A DNA stretch of 64,000 nt from a virus (taxonomy: Duplodnaviria > Caudoviricetes): positions 1,399-65,398 of IMG/VR virus record IMGVR_UViG_3300045283_000318. One strand, written 5' to 3'. A model generated the notes under the pieces. That model was not told the DNA's origin, made no database searches, and was given only the letters and a program-made list of their open reading frames with translations. Shown here piece after piece: positions 35,965-46,262 of the stretch. Each line of letters opens with the position of its first letter. Position 1 is the first letter of the stretch. Position numbers and translations under genes: made by a program.

Positions 35965-36486
35965 CTAGTCGAGTACGATGGTATACACCAGATCGTGCAA
36001 AACACCACCAAGGCGCTCGAACAGCAACCCGTGGTCAGAATTGGCCTTGGTTCGCACGTTGATCATATGTGCGCCCTTTTCCTTCATCGCCCGCTTCATC
36101 ATCGCCAGCATGCGGTAACCGGTCATGCCCTTGCGGTACTGCGGTAGCAGGAAATGGATGTCCTCGGTCGCCTTCAGGAGATTCCTGTAATGCATGTCCC
36201 GGGTCAGCAGCATGACGATGTAGCCGACCAGGTTGCCGTCGGAGCGCGCGGTCAGCACCCACAGCTTGCCCTGATCCTCGAGGCGGCCGTAAGCCTCCCA
36301 GTCCGGATCGAGCTTCTGCACCTCCTTGAACTGGGCGATTTCCTGGTAGTGCTGTTCGATCAGCGGGATCACCTCGTGACGAACGGCCTTGACACTCTCG
36401 ACCTGGAAAACCACGGGGTAGGTGTGGCGGGGCTCGCCAAGGCGGTATAAACCGGTGAGCATTTCGTCCGGAAAATCAAGCATCAA
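35965..36486 (-). CDS. GNAT-family acetyltransferase-like protein
   Basis: LVGY...FLLPQYRKG..G..ML; typical location before ejection genes. Confidence 0.8.
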   Translation of the reverse strand: MMLDFPDEMLTGLYRLGEPRHTYPVVFQVESVKAVRHEVIPLIEQHYQEIAQFKEVQKLDPDWEAYGRLEDQGKLWVLTARSDGNLVGYIVMLLTRDMHYRNLLKATEDIHFLLPQYRKGMTGYRMLAMMKRAMKEKGAHMINVRTKANSDHGLLFERLGGVLHDLVYTIVLD

Positions 36487-36947
36487 ACCCTCGCGTGGCT
36501 GATCGTGGTGTCGAACAAGCGACCGAGACGGGTCTCGATCAAGGTCTTCGGCACGTCGGAGTCCTCGCGCACCACGATGCGCTCGGCTCCCAGCCGCTTC
36601 GCCCAGACCTTGAAGTGGTCGTAGAAATCGGCTGCCGCCTCCTGTTGGGCCTTGTCCTCACGGTTGCGGATCCAGACGAAGCGCTCTTGCACCACCTTCG
36701 CCATCTTCAGGCCCGGGTTGTGCACGATCTGGGCCAGGGCGACCGCGTTGTCCTGGTAGAGAAACAGGTGCTCGTTATTGGTGACGAGCCCGGCCAGATA
36801 GCCGCCGATGTACTGCTCGCGAACATCGGGCAGCTTGAGCATGAACCGCTTCATCAGCCACGGGCCGTGCGTGGTGAGGTCCGCGGCTTCGAACCGACGA
36901 ACGAAGGCCAGTTCACGCGGTTCGATCTTGACTGCTGCTTCTGCCAT
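36483..36947 (-). CDS. Hypothetical protein, possibly degenerate GNAT fold
   Basis: WAKRLGAERI; adjacent to the GNAT gene. Confidence 0.6.
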   Translation of the reverse strand: MAEAAVKIEPRELAFVRRFEAADLTTHGPWLMKRFMLKLPDVREQYIGGYLAGLVTNNEHLFLYQDNAVALAQIVHNPGLKMAKVVQERFVWIRNREDKAQQEAAADFYDHFKVWAKRLGAERIVVREDSDVPKTLIETRLGRLFDTTISHARV

Positions 36948-36948
36948 G

Positions 36949-37290
36949 TTACCCGATTCCTAAAATCGCTGATGCCTGATAGTGCTCGACTTGATTCAGA
37001 AATATCCAGGCTGCAAGCAGTCGCTGGTCCTTCCAGTCAACCCCTGTAAGATCCTGCCCGGCAATTCCAAGAAGTTGGTTCTGGGCGTCATGCATGATCT
37101 GGTGCTGGTCTTCCCATTGCCCCGTGTCGTTGGGGTCGATCGGATCCAAGATATACTCCGGAAGTGCGATCTTGACGAGCAAATAGATGCGCGCGTTGAT
37201 ATCGCGATGATGCGCTGCGTGCGCAAACGCCCATTGCGCCCGCTCCTCATCGGTCGAAGGCACGTTGTAGAGATCAGCCAACCCGCTCAT
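36949..37290 (-). CDS. His-rich virion-associated protein
   Basis: Repeated W..(H)...H pattern. Confidence 0.65.
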   Translation of the reverse strand: MSGLADLYNVPSTDEERAQWAFAHAAHHRDINARIYLLVKIALPEYILDPIDPNDTGQWEDQHQIMHDAQNQLLGIAGQDLTGVDWKDQRLLAAWIFLNQVEHYQASAILGIG

Positions 37291-38057
37291 GGTACCGTCC
37301 TGATCGCGGCGTAGCGATAAACGCCGCTGTTCGATGCCAGCGATGCCGACGCCGAGTTGATCTGCCGGATGTTGAGTGTCGCCACCGAGGCAACCGAGCT
37401 CAGCGAGGCGACCGTGCTGACATACCCGGCGTAACTGATTCCGGGCCCTGCGACCGACGGCGGATTGACCAGCATGAAATCACCGATGGCGGGAAGCGCG
37501 CTGGCCAAAGCCGCCGTGATCGAAAACGCCTGATCCTGCGACGTCCATCCGGGAGCAACCGTGAATGTGACAGCCACCGTGCCCGACAGCAGGTTGGTCA
37601 GTGTCGAATTGCCGTTCACCTGCACCGCGGACGGCGCGATCGCCGAAGCCGTGCTTTGCGTGGCGCTGGTCAGATGGAAACCGCCCGCGCCGCTGTTCAG
37701 CGCAGCATCGTAACGCAAACTGATTGCATTATTCGCGACGATTTCGCCGCCGGACAGCAGCACCGGCCCGCCAACCGTATCCTTGTAGATGTTAAGGGCG
37801 CCGACCGAACCCACTGTCGCTGTCGCCGTGCCTGTATTGGTGCTGGCGGCAATTCCCGTGAAAAGCATGTTAGTCGTGTAGGCCGAGATCGTTGGTGTGG
37901 GAACGATGCCGGCCGCATTCTGGGTCAGCGTCAAGGCGTTGGTACCTGCGATAGCACAAGGTATCGGAACCAGCGCACCGAACGTCGTGAAATTGTTGTC
38001 GAGCGCAACAAGGGAATTTTGCGTGTTGTTCTCGAACTGGGTGATGCTGTAAGCCAT
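37287..38057 (-). CDS. Tail-associated structural protein (fibre-attachment-like)
   Basis: LDNNF; A..TNTG.AT..V motif. Confidence 0.7.
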   Translation of the reverse strand: MAYSITQFENNTQNSLVALDNNFTTFGALVPIPCAIAGTNALTLTQNAAGIVPTPTISAYTTNMLFTGIAASTNTGTATATVGSVGALNIYKDTVGGPVLLSGGEIVANNAISLRYDAALNSGAGGFHLTSATQSTASAIAPSAVQVNGNSTLTNLLSGTVAVTFTVAPGWTSQDQAFSITAALASALPAIGDFMLVNPPSVAGPGISYAGYVSTVASLSSVASVATLNIRQINSASASLASNSGVYRYAAIRTVP

Positions 38058-38060
38058 TCG

Positions 38061-39677
38061 CTACCCTCGATTTCCCGCGATCGTATCCTGAATCATTACC
38101 GACACAATGGCCATATCGGCAGCATTCGTCGTAATCGTGAAACCGGTCAGAACTCCCTGCTGCGCCACCGCCGTCGGGGGGATCACCGAGTAGGCCGTAC
38201 CTCCTCCCGCCACCCATGTCGAAACCGCGCTGGTTGCCGTCAACCACGTCGAAACCGCGTTGGAAGCCGTCAACCATATCGCAAGATTCGGTACCGACGC
38301 GACTGCGTTCCCGTTGGAATTAAGCTCGTTATCGATCGAGATGTTGATCGTCGGCGACAACGGACTGTAATATTTGACGATACCCCACAGCCGTGTCACC
38401 CACTTCAGCAACTGATAACCGCCGGGCTTGTCCCACAACTTTGTTTGCGCGGTCTTGGTAAAAGCAACGGACGGCTGCGCAAACAACTGGTATATTTTCG
38501 TTCCGTCAGTCCCCCATGCCGTCAGCACCGAATTGATTTCCTGGTACTGAATATAGCTCAGCTGAACGTCCTGTTCAGTCGCCCACCAGATCTTGCCGAC
38601 GGGGTCACGAGTCAGGAGCAATTTATTGACCTGCTGCCCCTTGACCGGATCAATGATCGGTAAAAGCAGGACCCAGACTTTTTTCCCGAAGACAATGGCT
38701 TTTGCCGCTGACGGCGTGATGTTTCCAAAGTTGGGGACCGTGTTGTAAACGCCATCCAGGGGCTCACTGATCTTGGTCACCGTGCCGCCGTAAGACACAT
38801 GCGCTCCGAATGCATTCGCAAACAGAATATTGCGCCCGAACACGTCGACAGTCGCAGGCCACGGAGTGCCGACTTCAGGATCAGCATTCTGGTTGGTGAA
38901 CGTGGTGACAGGCGGCGAGCCCGACGTCTGCACGCCCGAGATGTAATTGATCGATGAGTCGGCGATCAAATAAAGAAACCCGTTGGTCTGCTTCAACTGC
39001 GTGAAACCGACGCGCAGAAAACTATCGGATGACGTGAAATTGCCGCCGCCACCTGCGGAGGAAAAATCGATCACGGACCCCGGCGCGCTGAACGTGATCA
39101 CCGGACCGTTGGCGATCCAGACGCGCCCAGTATAAATTTCGATCGCAGTGCCGCCGATGCCGGCCGGCATCGTTCCCACGCCCGGCACCGACGCACCCGC
39201 ACCAAAAAACGTCGTGCCATCCCACAGAAAATAGCCGTTGGTCTGTTTGGCAACGATCAGGACGTACTTGCTTCCGTACTGGGCAACTCCGACATTTTCT
39301 CGGGATGGATTTTGAATCGTCCCGGCCGCTGCCATCTGGGTTACTGACCCCGTCGGGACGAAAATCTGGACGATGCTTCCGTCGGACAACACCACGACCA
39401 TGATCGGAATGGTGCCGAAATTGGCAAAGTCGAAAAACGCCACGCGAAGTGGACTATTCGGCCGGTAGATGAAAGGTGCCAGGCCGTACATCGTGCGCAG
39501 GTTGCGTCGGGCCAGCGGCATGAAGCCGTCCAGCCATGCAGCTTTCTTGTCGTCGACGCCCGGGCGCAGCGTCGCCGTGTCGATGCCCTCGAACTCCTCG
39601 AAGATCAGCGGCTCGGGCGGCCCGGCAGGCAAATATTGTGACGGTTGATCGGCTTGTGGTTCGGGGGCTTCGATCAC
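38061..39677 (-). CDS. Tail tubular/nozzle (beta-propeller) protein
   Basis: Size, beta-rich sequence, YTGRVWIA motif, position after adaptors. Confidence 0.7.
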   Translation of the reverse strand: MIEAPEPQADQPSQYLPAGPPEPLIFEEFEGIDTATLRPGVDDKKAAWLDGFMPLARRNLRTMYGLAPFIYRPNSPLRVAFFDFANFGTIPIMVVVLSDGSIVQIFVPTGSVTQMAAAGTIQNPSRENVGVAQYGSKYVLIVAKQTNGYFLWDGTTFFGAGASVPGVGTMPAGIGGTAIEIYTGRVWIANGPVITFSAPGSVIDFSSAGGGGNFTSSDSFLRVGFTQLKQTNGFLYLIADSSINYISGVQTSGSPPVTTFTNQNADPEVGTPWPATVDVFGRNILFANAFGAHVSYGGTVTKISEPLDGVYNTVPNFGNITPSAAKAIVFGKKVWVLLLPIIDPVKGQQVNKLLLTRDPVGKIWWATEQDVQLSYIQYQEINSVLTAWGTDGTKIYQLFAQPSVAFTKTAQTKLWDKPGGYQLLKWVTRLWGIVKYYSPLSPTINISIDNELNSNGNAVASVPNLAIWLTASNAVSTWLTATSAVSTWVAGGGTAYSVIPPTAVAQQGVLTGFTITTNAADMAIVSVMIQDTIAGNRG

Positions 39678-39706
39678 TTGACAACCCCGCAGTACACATG
39701 TATATT
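39678..39706 (+). promoter_or_regulatory. Sigma70 promoter of an antisense cassette
   Basis: TTGACA-17-TATATT. Confidence 0.75.
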
Positions 39707-39737
39707 AGCCCTATTAGCAACTAGGAAAGGGCTAACC

Positions 39738-39872
39738 GTGACCAGAGGCGTCCAGCGACAGATCGTACTGACCGCGTCCCAACATGCGTGGGTCGTGAAG
39801 CAAGCAACCAAGCTCGGGCTCACCGAAGCTGAAGTGATTCGTCGCGCGATCGATGAGGTTAGGAGCAAATGA
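39738..39872 (+). CDS. Ribbon-helix-helix protein
   Basis: RQIVLT...LGLTEAEVIRRAID. Confidence 0.7.
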   Translation: MTRGVQRQIVLTASQHAWVVKQATKLGLTEAEVIRRAIDEVRSK

Positions 39873-40150
39873 CAATGGCTTCCATGTGCTCCGATTGCAA
39901 CGCCGACACCACTCCGTGCACCGGCAAGCGCGGTTGCCGACATAAAGGCAAATGGGAATGGTACATGGTTAAACCGTGTATTTGGGAAAAAGTAGGAATG
40001 TCTATAAACAGCGGGTTTCTTTGCATAGGTTGTTTGGAACGGCGTTTGGGACGCCAATTGAAAGCGGCCGATTTCACTTCTGCCCCGGTAAATGATCTCA
40101 CACATCCATGGAATACCGAAAGACTTGCTTCGAGGTTGCGATGCTATTGA
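39869..40150 (+). CDS. Zn-binding phage protein
   Basis: CSDC...YMV...W...LCIGCLERRLGRQL..DF. Confidence 0.75.
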   Translation: MTMASMCSDCNADTTPCTGKRGCRHKGKWEWYMVKPCIWEKVGMSINSGFLCIGCLERRLGRQLKAADFTSAPVNDLTHPWNTERLASRLRCY

Positions 40151-40878
40151 CTTGTAAGCGTTGCCCCAATGTTTTTGAAGCGAGCCGCTCTTATCAAAAA
40201 TTCTGCTCCGCAAAATGCAGACAAAACGACGAAAACGAACGTTATCGTCCTGCTCGAGCAAAACGAAGTCGTGAGTACAGTCAGAAAAAATTCGGCTGGA
40301 AGCCAAAACCAACTGAACCCATTTCGTGCACTGTTCCGGAATGCAAAAATATATTTGTTCCGAGCACAAGTTGGCAACGCACTTGTTGTAAAAAATGCCG
40401 AACCCGTCTGCACTATATAGAACATACCGAATACCATTTAGAAAAATCAAAACGGATTCGGTTAAAAACACACGCAGCGTGGAAAGCGCGCGGACGTATG
40501 ACTTGGGCAGAAATGAAAGCCCAGCGCGGCACGCTTTCTCGGTTCGCGAAAGCACGTCAGCCATGGACCACCATATTCACCGGCGTACGACATCGGGCTT
40601 TAGCTAAAAACATTCCATTCGATCTTACGCGAGAATGGTGCATAGCGCGGTGGACTGGGCGATGCGAATTGACAGGAATAGAATTTGCGCTGAACACAAA
40701 GAAACGAGATAGCTTCGCGCCCAGTATCGACAAGATAGACCCCGACAAGGGGTATGTGCAATCCAATTGTCGATTCATACTATGGGCGGTCAACGCTTTC
40801 AAATTCACCGGCACGGATGAAACCATGTACTCGATAGCGCGTACTCTGATCACCAACAGAATTGCCGCTACAAAGTAG
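40141..40878 (+). CDS. Zn-finger plus HNH-like endonuclease
   Basis: Two C..C/CS..C fingers; CELTG...SIDKIDPDKGYVQSNCR....N..K. Confidence 0.8.
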   Translation: MLLTCKRCPNVFEASRSYQKFCSAKCRQNDENERYRPARAKRSREYSQKKFGWKPKPTEPISCTVPECKNIFVPSTSWQRTCCKKCRTRLHYIEHTEYHLEKSKRIRLKTHAAWKARGRMTWAEMKAQRGTLSRFAKARQPWTTIFTGVRHRALAKNIPFDLTREWCIARWTGRCELTGIEFALNTKKRDSFAPSIDKIDPDKGYVQSNCRFILWAVNAFKFTGTDETMYSIARTLITNRIAATK

Positions 40879-40884
40879 TACATT

Positions 40885-41826
40885 TTAGTACCGTCCGTAT
40901 GGATTTATAGCGCGCCCAGGACGCGCATTTGACGAATAGCCAAGAGTTCGTTTATCAAACTGCTGTTCATAGAACCGTGCTGCATTCCAATTCTGAAGTT
41001 CCTGATAAGCCAACTGCACGGCCATATATTGAACCGCATCGGTCCACGGTTCGGGAATAGCTTCCGGGATCGAATTATCGATAAGCAAATCCTGGGGCAG
41101 ACAAAAGCAGTCGTATTCTACTTGGTACGTCTGGCTCGGCAGCGGGTACATCATCAAATCGCCACCTGCGCCTTGCCCGCGTTGACAGCAGAAAGTCGGC
41201 ACATATTGGTACATAAACGGGTAGGAACGAATTTGACTTTGGTACGTAGAAAAACTGTACTGCGGCAAAGAATATCTGTAATTCGCGTAGATGACGGAAA
41301 CCGATTTTATTGCATGAACACTGGCAACACCCGGCCAATTACCGATGAAAATATCGCTGAAGTTGTACACCTCCTGCCCGATGTTGAGCGTGTTGATCGG
41401 CGATATCGTCAGCGTCGCCGTCGCGCCATGCCCGGGCCCTGCCGAATCCGTGATCGTCACCAGCGGCTGAAAATAACCGTCGCCACCATCGTTGATGCTG
41501 ACGTCGGTCACGACGCCCCCGCTCATCGTGACGCCTGCCGTCGCCTGCCGACCGTTCGGTGACGGCAAAATGCCGCTCGGAAAATCCGGCGCCGTGATCG
41601 TCGCGACCGGATTGACGTAGCCGCTGCCGCCCGCGGTCACCGTCCCGTCGATCACCTGCCCGGAGATCGGCGTCAGGCGGCGAATGGACTGGGTGCGGCC
41701 GGCGACCTCGCGCCGCGCCAAGTTGATGTAGGACAGCAGATCGTCCGGATTGGAAAACTCCTGCTTCTGCTCGCGCAGCAGTCGCTGACACTGCTGGAGA
41801 TAAAAATGTGCATCGGGAGTGCTCAT
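40885..41826 (-). CDS. Head-tail adaptor protein (paralog 2)
   Basis: YINLARREVAG...EAIPEPWTDAV. Confidence 0.7.
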   Translation of the reverse strand: MSTPDAHFYLQQCQRLLREQKQEFSNPDDLLSYINLARREVAGRTQSIRRLTPISGQVIDGTVTAGGSGYVNPVATITAPDFPSGILPSPNGRQATAGVTMSGGVVTDVSINDGGDGYFQPLVTITDSAGPGHGATATLTISPINTLNIGQEVYNFSDIFIGNWPGVASVHAIKSVSVIYANYRYSLPQYSFSTYQSQIRSYPFMYQYVPTFCCQRGQGAGGDLMMYPLPSQTYQVEYDCFCLPQDLLIDNSIPEAIPEPWTDAVQYMAVQLAYQELQNWNAARFYEQQFDKRTLGYSSNARPGRAINPYGRY

Positions 41827-42587
41827 TGCGCGCCTCCCTTCCCGATCCCCATCTTCGACCCCTGCGCAGGATCCCCAGCTTGGCGGTACTGCCACCGGCC
41901 GACGTCGGGGTTCGATTGCGTCCGCGCGCGATCCATGAACTCCTTGTAGTGCCCCTTGTACATGTTGGCCGCGTCCGCCATGCGCGCATTGGTCTGTGCC
42001 GACATCAGCGCAAAGTAGGCGGCGAAGAACGCCACCGCGTCGGTCCAGAAATACGGCAGCGCCTCGACCGTCGTGTCATCGACCAGGGGGATCGGATAGC
42101 ACACCGTGTTCGGCAGCAGCGTGTAGACGTCGTCAGGCGGTGGCGAGATATAGAACGATCCACCATTGACCTGGGTGTTGGTCGCCCCGCTCGGCGCCGC
42201 CCCCTGACCATACTGGGCCCAGGTTCGCGGAGGTCCCGAGACGGGTGCCGCGTTGTTCCGCTCGTACAACGAGAACCAGGGCCAGGGGCGCGGCGGCAGC
42301 CACAGTTGCCCCCCGCCGACGCTATAGCTCAGGCTGCTGATGGTGATGACGCCCTGCACACCCGTGGTCCCCGGCACGCCGACGTTGATGTCCTGGAACC
42401 GGTAAGGGGTCTGTCCGACCACGGTCGGAATGGTGCCGTGCACCCAGATGCACTGCCCCTCGCCAGCGACCTGCCCGCGCGCGACATTGATGAACCGCGT
42501 CAGATCCACATCACTGTACAGGCTGGTCGAGTTCGAACCCGGCAGCTGCAGGAGATATCTAGTGGCGAGGAGGTACGTATTGAGCAC
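41823..42587 (-). CDS. Head-tail adaptor protein (paralog 1)
   Basis: FINVARGQVAG...EALPYFWTDAV. Confidence 0.7.
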   Translation of the reverse strand: MLNTYLLATRYLLQLPGSNSTSLYSDVDLTRFINVARGQVAGEGQCIWVHGTIPTVVGQTPYRFQDINVGVPGTTGVQGVITISSLSYSVGGGQLWLPPRPWPWFSLYERNNAAPVSGPPRTWAQYGQGAAPSGATNTQVNGGSFYISPPPDDVYTLLPNTVCYPIPLVDDTTVEALPYFWTDAVAFFAAYFALMSAQTNARMADAANMYKGHYKEFMDRARTQSNPDVGRWQYRQAGDPAQGSKMGIGKGGAQ

Positions 42588-42613
42588 GGCAAATCACTCC
42601 TTTGCCGGCTACC

Positions 42614-42877
42614 CTACACTTTTCGCAGAACAATGTAGCCCGGAAGGATGGAACGTTCAGCGTCGATCACGTGGTACGACAAAAGGCCATCCGGACCCTT
42701 GGTCAGGACGTAATCGTTGCGCATCATCGCGCCCTGCTGGGCGCCGACCGCGCTGGCGTTGCCCTGCGCGACCGCGTTGCCGGCGATGTCGAGATCGTTG
42801 ACCGTGATCTCCTTGGGCGTGTTGTAGCGGTAGTTGGCGCTAACCCCCGTCAGGCTCTGGCTGAAGGTGTTCGCCAT
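42614..42877 (-). CDS. Hypothetical virion protein
   Basis: In structural operon. Confidence 0.65.
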   Translation of the reverse strand: MANTFSQSLTGVSANYRYNTPKEITVNDLDIAGNAVAQGNASAVGAQQGAMMRNDYVLTKGPDGLLSYHVIDAERSILPGYIVLRKV

Positions 42878-43225
42878 TTACGTCAACTCGTTGTCGAACA
42901 CTGCCCATGTTACGTTCAAAACCGGACCGCCTAGCCCAGTCATGTGAATCAAATTCATCCGCATCTGCATGCAGCCCGGCATATCCACTTTCACGATATT
43001 ACCGTTCGGAGCGCTGAACTCCATCGGCCCTCCGACCTGGAAGAAATTGACCCCGTCGATGGAAGCCTCGAAAGCAAAAATCGTATCCGCAGCCGGAACG
43101 GCCCATGAAAACTGCGCGTAAACCGTACATGCTCGCGGAATATCGAACGTCAAAACCGGCCCTGGACCGGGCGGAACGGTGTCTGTGGACACTGCTCCGA
43201 CAAGCGCTTTGAAGAGGTACCTCAT
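42878..43225 (-). CDS. Hypothetical beta-sandwich virion protein
   Basis: FEASIDGVNFF motif. Confidence 0.6.
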   Translation of the reverse strand: MRYLFKALVGAVSTDTVPPGPGPVLTFDIPRACTVYAQFSWAVPAADTIFAFEASIDGVNFFQVGGPMEFSAPNGNIVKVDMPGCMQMRMNLIHMTGLGGPVLNVTWAVFDNELT

Positions 43226-43226
43226 A

Positions 43227-44396
43227 CTACGGCCCCGGCTGGACGATCACAATGTCAGGGCGACTGCCCATAACAGGTAAGATCGTAGCCAGCGTAGCCA
43301 CGCCGCCGGGAACCAAATTCACAAGCGTGGGCGCGCTTTCAAACAACCCGCCGTCATAAATAACCGCTGCCGTGGCCACTGACGCGGTGGGAAAAGTAAA
43401 ACCGGCCTGGCGAGGCTCGAACTCAAGTAAAGTGAACATCGCGGACTGAGTGATTGAACCCTGCAGCGGGGCGCCGCCAAATGTCGTACCTCCTGAAGTA
43501 GTGAAGCCTGCACCCGCGCCCGAAATGCTGGCCGATACCACTGTCTGCATCACATTCGCCGTCAGCGATCCCGAAGATCCGGCGCCGCCAATCGACAGCG
43601 TAACGCTGCCAAGCGAGCCATTGGGAAGCGGGCCGCCATTATTGGTCACCAACACCCCCGTAATCGCACCAGCAGAAGCCAGCGAGAACGCTACAGAAGC
43701 GGCAGTGATGCCGACGGAGAGGTTTGGATCGAACGGCGATGGTACAACCACTGCAACCGGAACAGAAGGATACCCGGCCCCCGCATTGACCATGCTGACC
43801 GATGAAATCGATCCTCCAGTACCGAGTATCGCAATAGCTACCGCTTGGATGCCACCAACACCATTGGCATTCACCTGCGCCGGAGGCGGCGGCGGGATCA
43901 TAATAATCGGCGCGATGCCATAACCGGCGCCCTTGGTTGGAACGTCAAGCGTAAACGTCCCGGTAACGTTGAGCGCGCCACCGACGATCGGCAGCAAAGT
44001 CGGAACCGCATACGGCGCGAACGCGCCGATCGCCGTGATCGTGGTCGTGGCCTGCACGTAGCTGGTGCCGCCGTTGATGACCGACGCCGACACCACGCAG
44101 CCGGTGAGATTGGCGACGCGGACCGAGAAACCGTCAGCCGAAACCAGCTGCATGCCCCGCGTCCAGGCCGCGCCCGACGGGGTGGTCCAGATGTTGGTGA
44201 CCGGGTCCAGGTACTGCAGCACGCAGTACATGCCCATGGTGACGATCCAGTCGCCGGCCGGGAGGACGAACGAGTCGCCGGGTGCGAGCCCGAGCCGGTT
44301 CGAGGAGGCATCCTGCGGAGCGTTCTGCAGCTGACTCGGGTAATAGTTCTGGGGAAAAGGAAGATTAATCCCTGGCCCACTAAGGTTCCCTGCCAT
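43227..44396 (-). CDS. Capsid decoration/structural protein
   Basis: Directly after the capsid gene; repeated NGG/GxGY units. Confidence 0.65.
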   Translation of the reverse strand: MAGNLSGPGINLPFPQNYYPSQLQNAPQDASSNRLGLAPGDSFVLPAGDWIVTMGMYCVLQYLDPVTNIWTTPSGAAWTRGMQLVSADGFSVRVANLTGCVVSASVINGGTSYVQATTTITAIGAFAPYAVPTLLPIVGGALNVTGTFTLDVPTKGAGYGIAPIIMIPPPPPAQVNANGVGGIQAVAIAILGTGGSISSVSMVNAGAGYPSVPVAVVVPSPFDPNLSVGITAASVAFSLASAGAITGVLVTNNGGPLPNGSLGSVTLSIGGAGSSGSLTANVMQTVVSASISGAGAGFTTSGGTTFGGAPLQGSITQSAMFTLLEFEPRQAGFTFPTASVATAAVIYDGGLFESAPTLVNLVPGGVATLATILPVMGSRPDIVIVQPGP

Positions 44397-44408
44397 ATGC
44401 GTAACTCC

Positions 44409-45449
44409 TTAAAACGCCGCGCCGGCGAGGTTGTATCCATGAAAGCCGGAAACCGACTTGGCGGAAAGGATGTCGTAGCCACAGACCACGACGCCCTGCT
44501 GGCCCATCTGCCCCAGCGGCACCAGCGAGTAGAACCCGCTAAAATCGAACGCGGCGTCTTCCGACATGTACATCGACGTGTACTTGACGTTGATGCCGAA
44601 CACCTCGCCCTTCGGACAGAAGTGATCGCAGAAAATCGGCACGCCCGAAATCACAAGGTTCGGGAAGGATGACCGCACCGCGGTGTCCATCGTGTACTGC
44701 GAGCCCGGCGCCGGGTTGATCTGCTCGATCGAGATGAACGTGTTGTTGAGCGTCGCGTAGTCGCCCGGGTTCATCACGACGAAAGTGACAGCCTCGCCGC
44801 CCGCCGCGTCCGTGGTGCCGGCCAAGAGCGTCGCCATGCCGGCGCGCGTGAAGCCCGCGGCACCCTGGCTGTACGTGCCGGAGTTGAGATTGATGTACTG
44901 GCCCTTGAACGCCGAGTTGCCCGCGGCCAGCCGGTTGATGCCGCCATAGGTCGGCACGTTGGTGCCGTCGTCGAAGGCATTGTAGAACGAGTCGGGGAAG
45001 GTCGGCTGAGCCGTGTTGTTGGTGAAACTGAGGCGCGCGAAGTTCTGGCGGGTGACCGCATAGACGTCATTCATGCGGGTCTTGAGCAGCGACACCTCGC
45101 GCTCGGTCGCCTGGATGACGGACTCACCGAACGGCAGCGGCACCGGGACGACCCAGTAAGCCAGATTCCACTGACCGTTCTGGATGCCGGGGGTGATGAC
45201 CGGGCTGTTGAATCCACCGCCATAGTTGGTGAATTGCCCTTGGACCATCGAGTTGCCCTGCAACGGGATGGTAACCTGGTTCAGGCCGCCGGCGGCGCGC
45301 TGGGCGTTGCCGGTCATGTAGAACAAAGTTGGACTTCCAAAATAAATTTGGACGAACAAACGGGGAACAAAAGCCCGGCGAGTCACTGCCGACAACTCTG
45401 TGTAAAGTGATCCTGCCGCAGGCGCGACACCGAGACCCGGGAGAGGCAT
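44409..45449 (-). CDS. Major capsid protein
   Basis: 346 aa after scaffold; TYGGINR, GVPIFCDHFCP; AGGAGA RBS. Confidence 0.85.
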   Translation of the reverse strand: MPLPGLGVAPAAGSLYTELSAVTRRAFVPRLFVQIYFGSPTLFYMTGNAQRAAGGLNQVTIPLQGNSMVQGQFTNYGGGFNSPVITPGIQNGQWNLAYWVVPVPLPFGESVIQATEREVSLLKTRMNDVYAVTRQNFARLSFTNNTAQPTFPDSFYNAFDDGTNVPTYGGINRLAAGNSAFKGQYINLNSGTYSQGAAGFTRAGMATLLAGTTDAAGGEAVTFVVMNPGDYATLNNTFISIEQINPAPGSQYTMDTAVRSSFPNLVISGVPIFCDHFCPKGEVFGINVKYTSMYMSEDAAFDFSGFYSLVPLGQMGQQGVVVCGYDILSAKSVSGFHGYNLAGAAF

Positions 45450-45463
45450 TTCAATCTCCTACC

Positions 45464-46060
45464 TTAGCGGCGCGCCGCCTGCCGAAATTCAGTCAGTGCC
45501 GTCATCGCCATCCGGTCAGTGACCGAATCCACGGCACCTTTCGTGGCGATCAGCTCCTGCACGGACTTGTCGGAATCGGCGTTGACGTCGGCGAAACCCC
45601 ATGCGGACCCGGTCATGCCTGACGGCGAGGCCGGTGTCGGCGGGGGATTGCTGCGCTCGAAGATCGCAACGGCATCATCCACGTCGACGAGACCCTTGGT
45701 CTCCATCAGCTTGCGGATCGCCTCGACGCCCTCATCGGTGTAGCGGTACTCGGTCCGCAGGCGGCGGAAGCCGCGCTCCTGCTCGCCAGCAATGCGGGAG
45801 ATGCGCGCCTCGTTGCGCTCGTCGTCGCGCTCCTTCTTGATCGCGGCGAGTTCGTCGGCGAATTTCTTCTCCATGGCCTGCAGCGGCTCGGCCTGCTGCC
45901 GCTCCTGGTCCAGGGCGGGCGTGGTCGCGTTGGGATCGACCATCTTGTGGGCTTCCTCGAGGCGCTTGCGCGCCGCCGGGTTGGCCACGATCTTGCTGGC
46001 GATTCCCTGGAGGGCCGCCAGGCGGTTGTATTCGGCCTCGTCGATCTCAACCTTCGCCAT
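45464..46060 (-). CDS. Scaffolding protein
   Basis: Charged coiled coil directly upstream of the capsid gene. Confidence 0.7.
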   Translation of the reverse strand: MAKVEIDEAEYNRLAALQGIASKIVANPAARKRLEEAHKMVDPNATTPALDQERQQAEPLQAMEKKFADELAAIKKERDDERNEARISRIAGEQERGFRRLRTEYRYTDEGVEAIRKLMETKGLVDVDDAVAIFERSNPPPTPASPSGMTGSAWGFADVNADSDKSVQELIATKGAVDSVTDRMAMTALTEFRQAARR

Positions 46061-46063
46061 GAC

Positions 46064-46252
46064 TTACTTGGTCCCCGGCGTGGCCGACATGTTCGGCACG
46101 TGACTGATCGTCAGTTCGGGCGACTTCGACTGGCCCGGCAGATGCGACTTGCGACCGCCGATCTCGATCTCCTCCATGTTGACCCGCACGATCTGCGCGT
46201 CCGAGGTCGGGATCGACTTGGCGTTGTTTTGGAAGATGTTAAAATTGGACAT
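46064..46252 (-). CDS. Small head-module protein
   Basis: AAGGAG RBS; MSNFNIFQ... Confidence 0.65.
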   Translation of the reverse strand: MSNFNIFQNNAKSIPTSDAQIVRVNMEEIEIGGRKSHLPGQSKSPELTISHVPNMSATPGTK

Positions 46253-46262
46253 TGTCGCTCCT

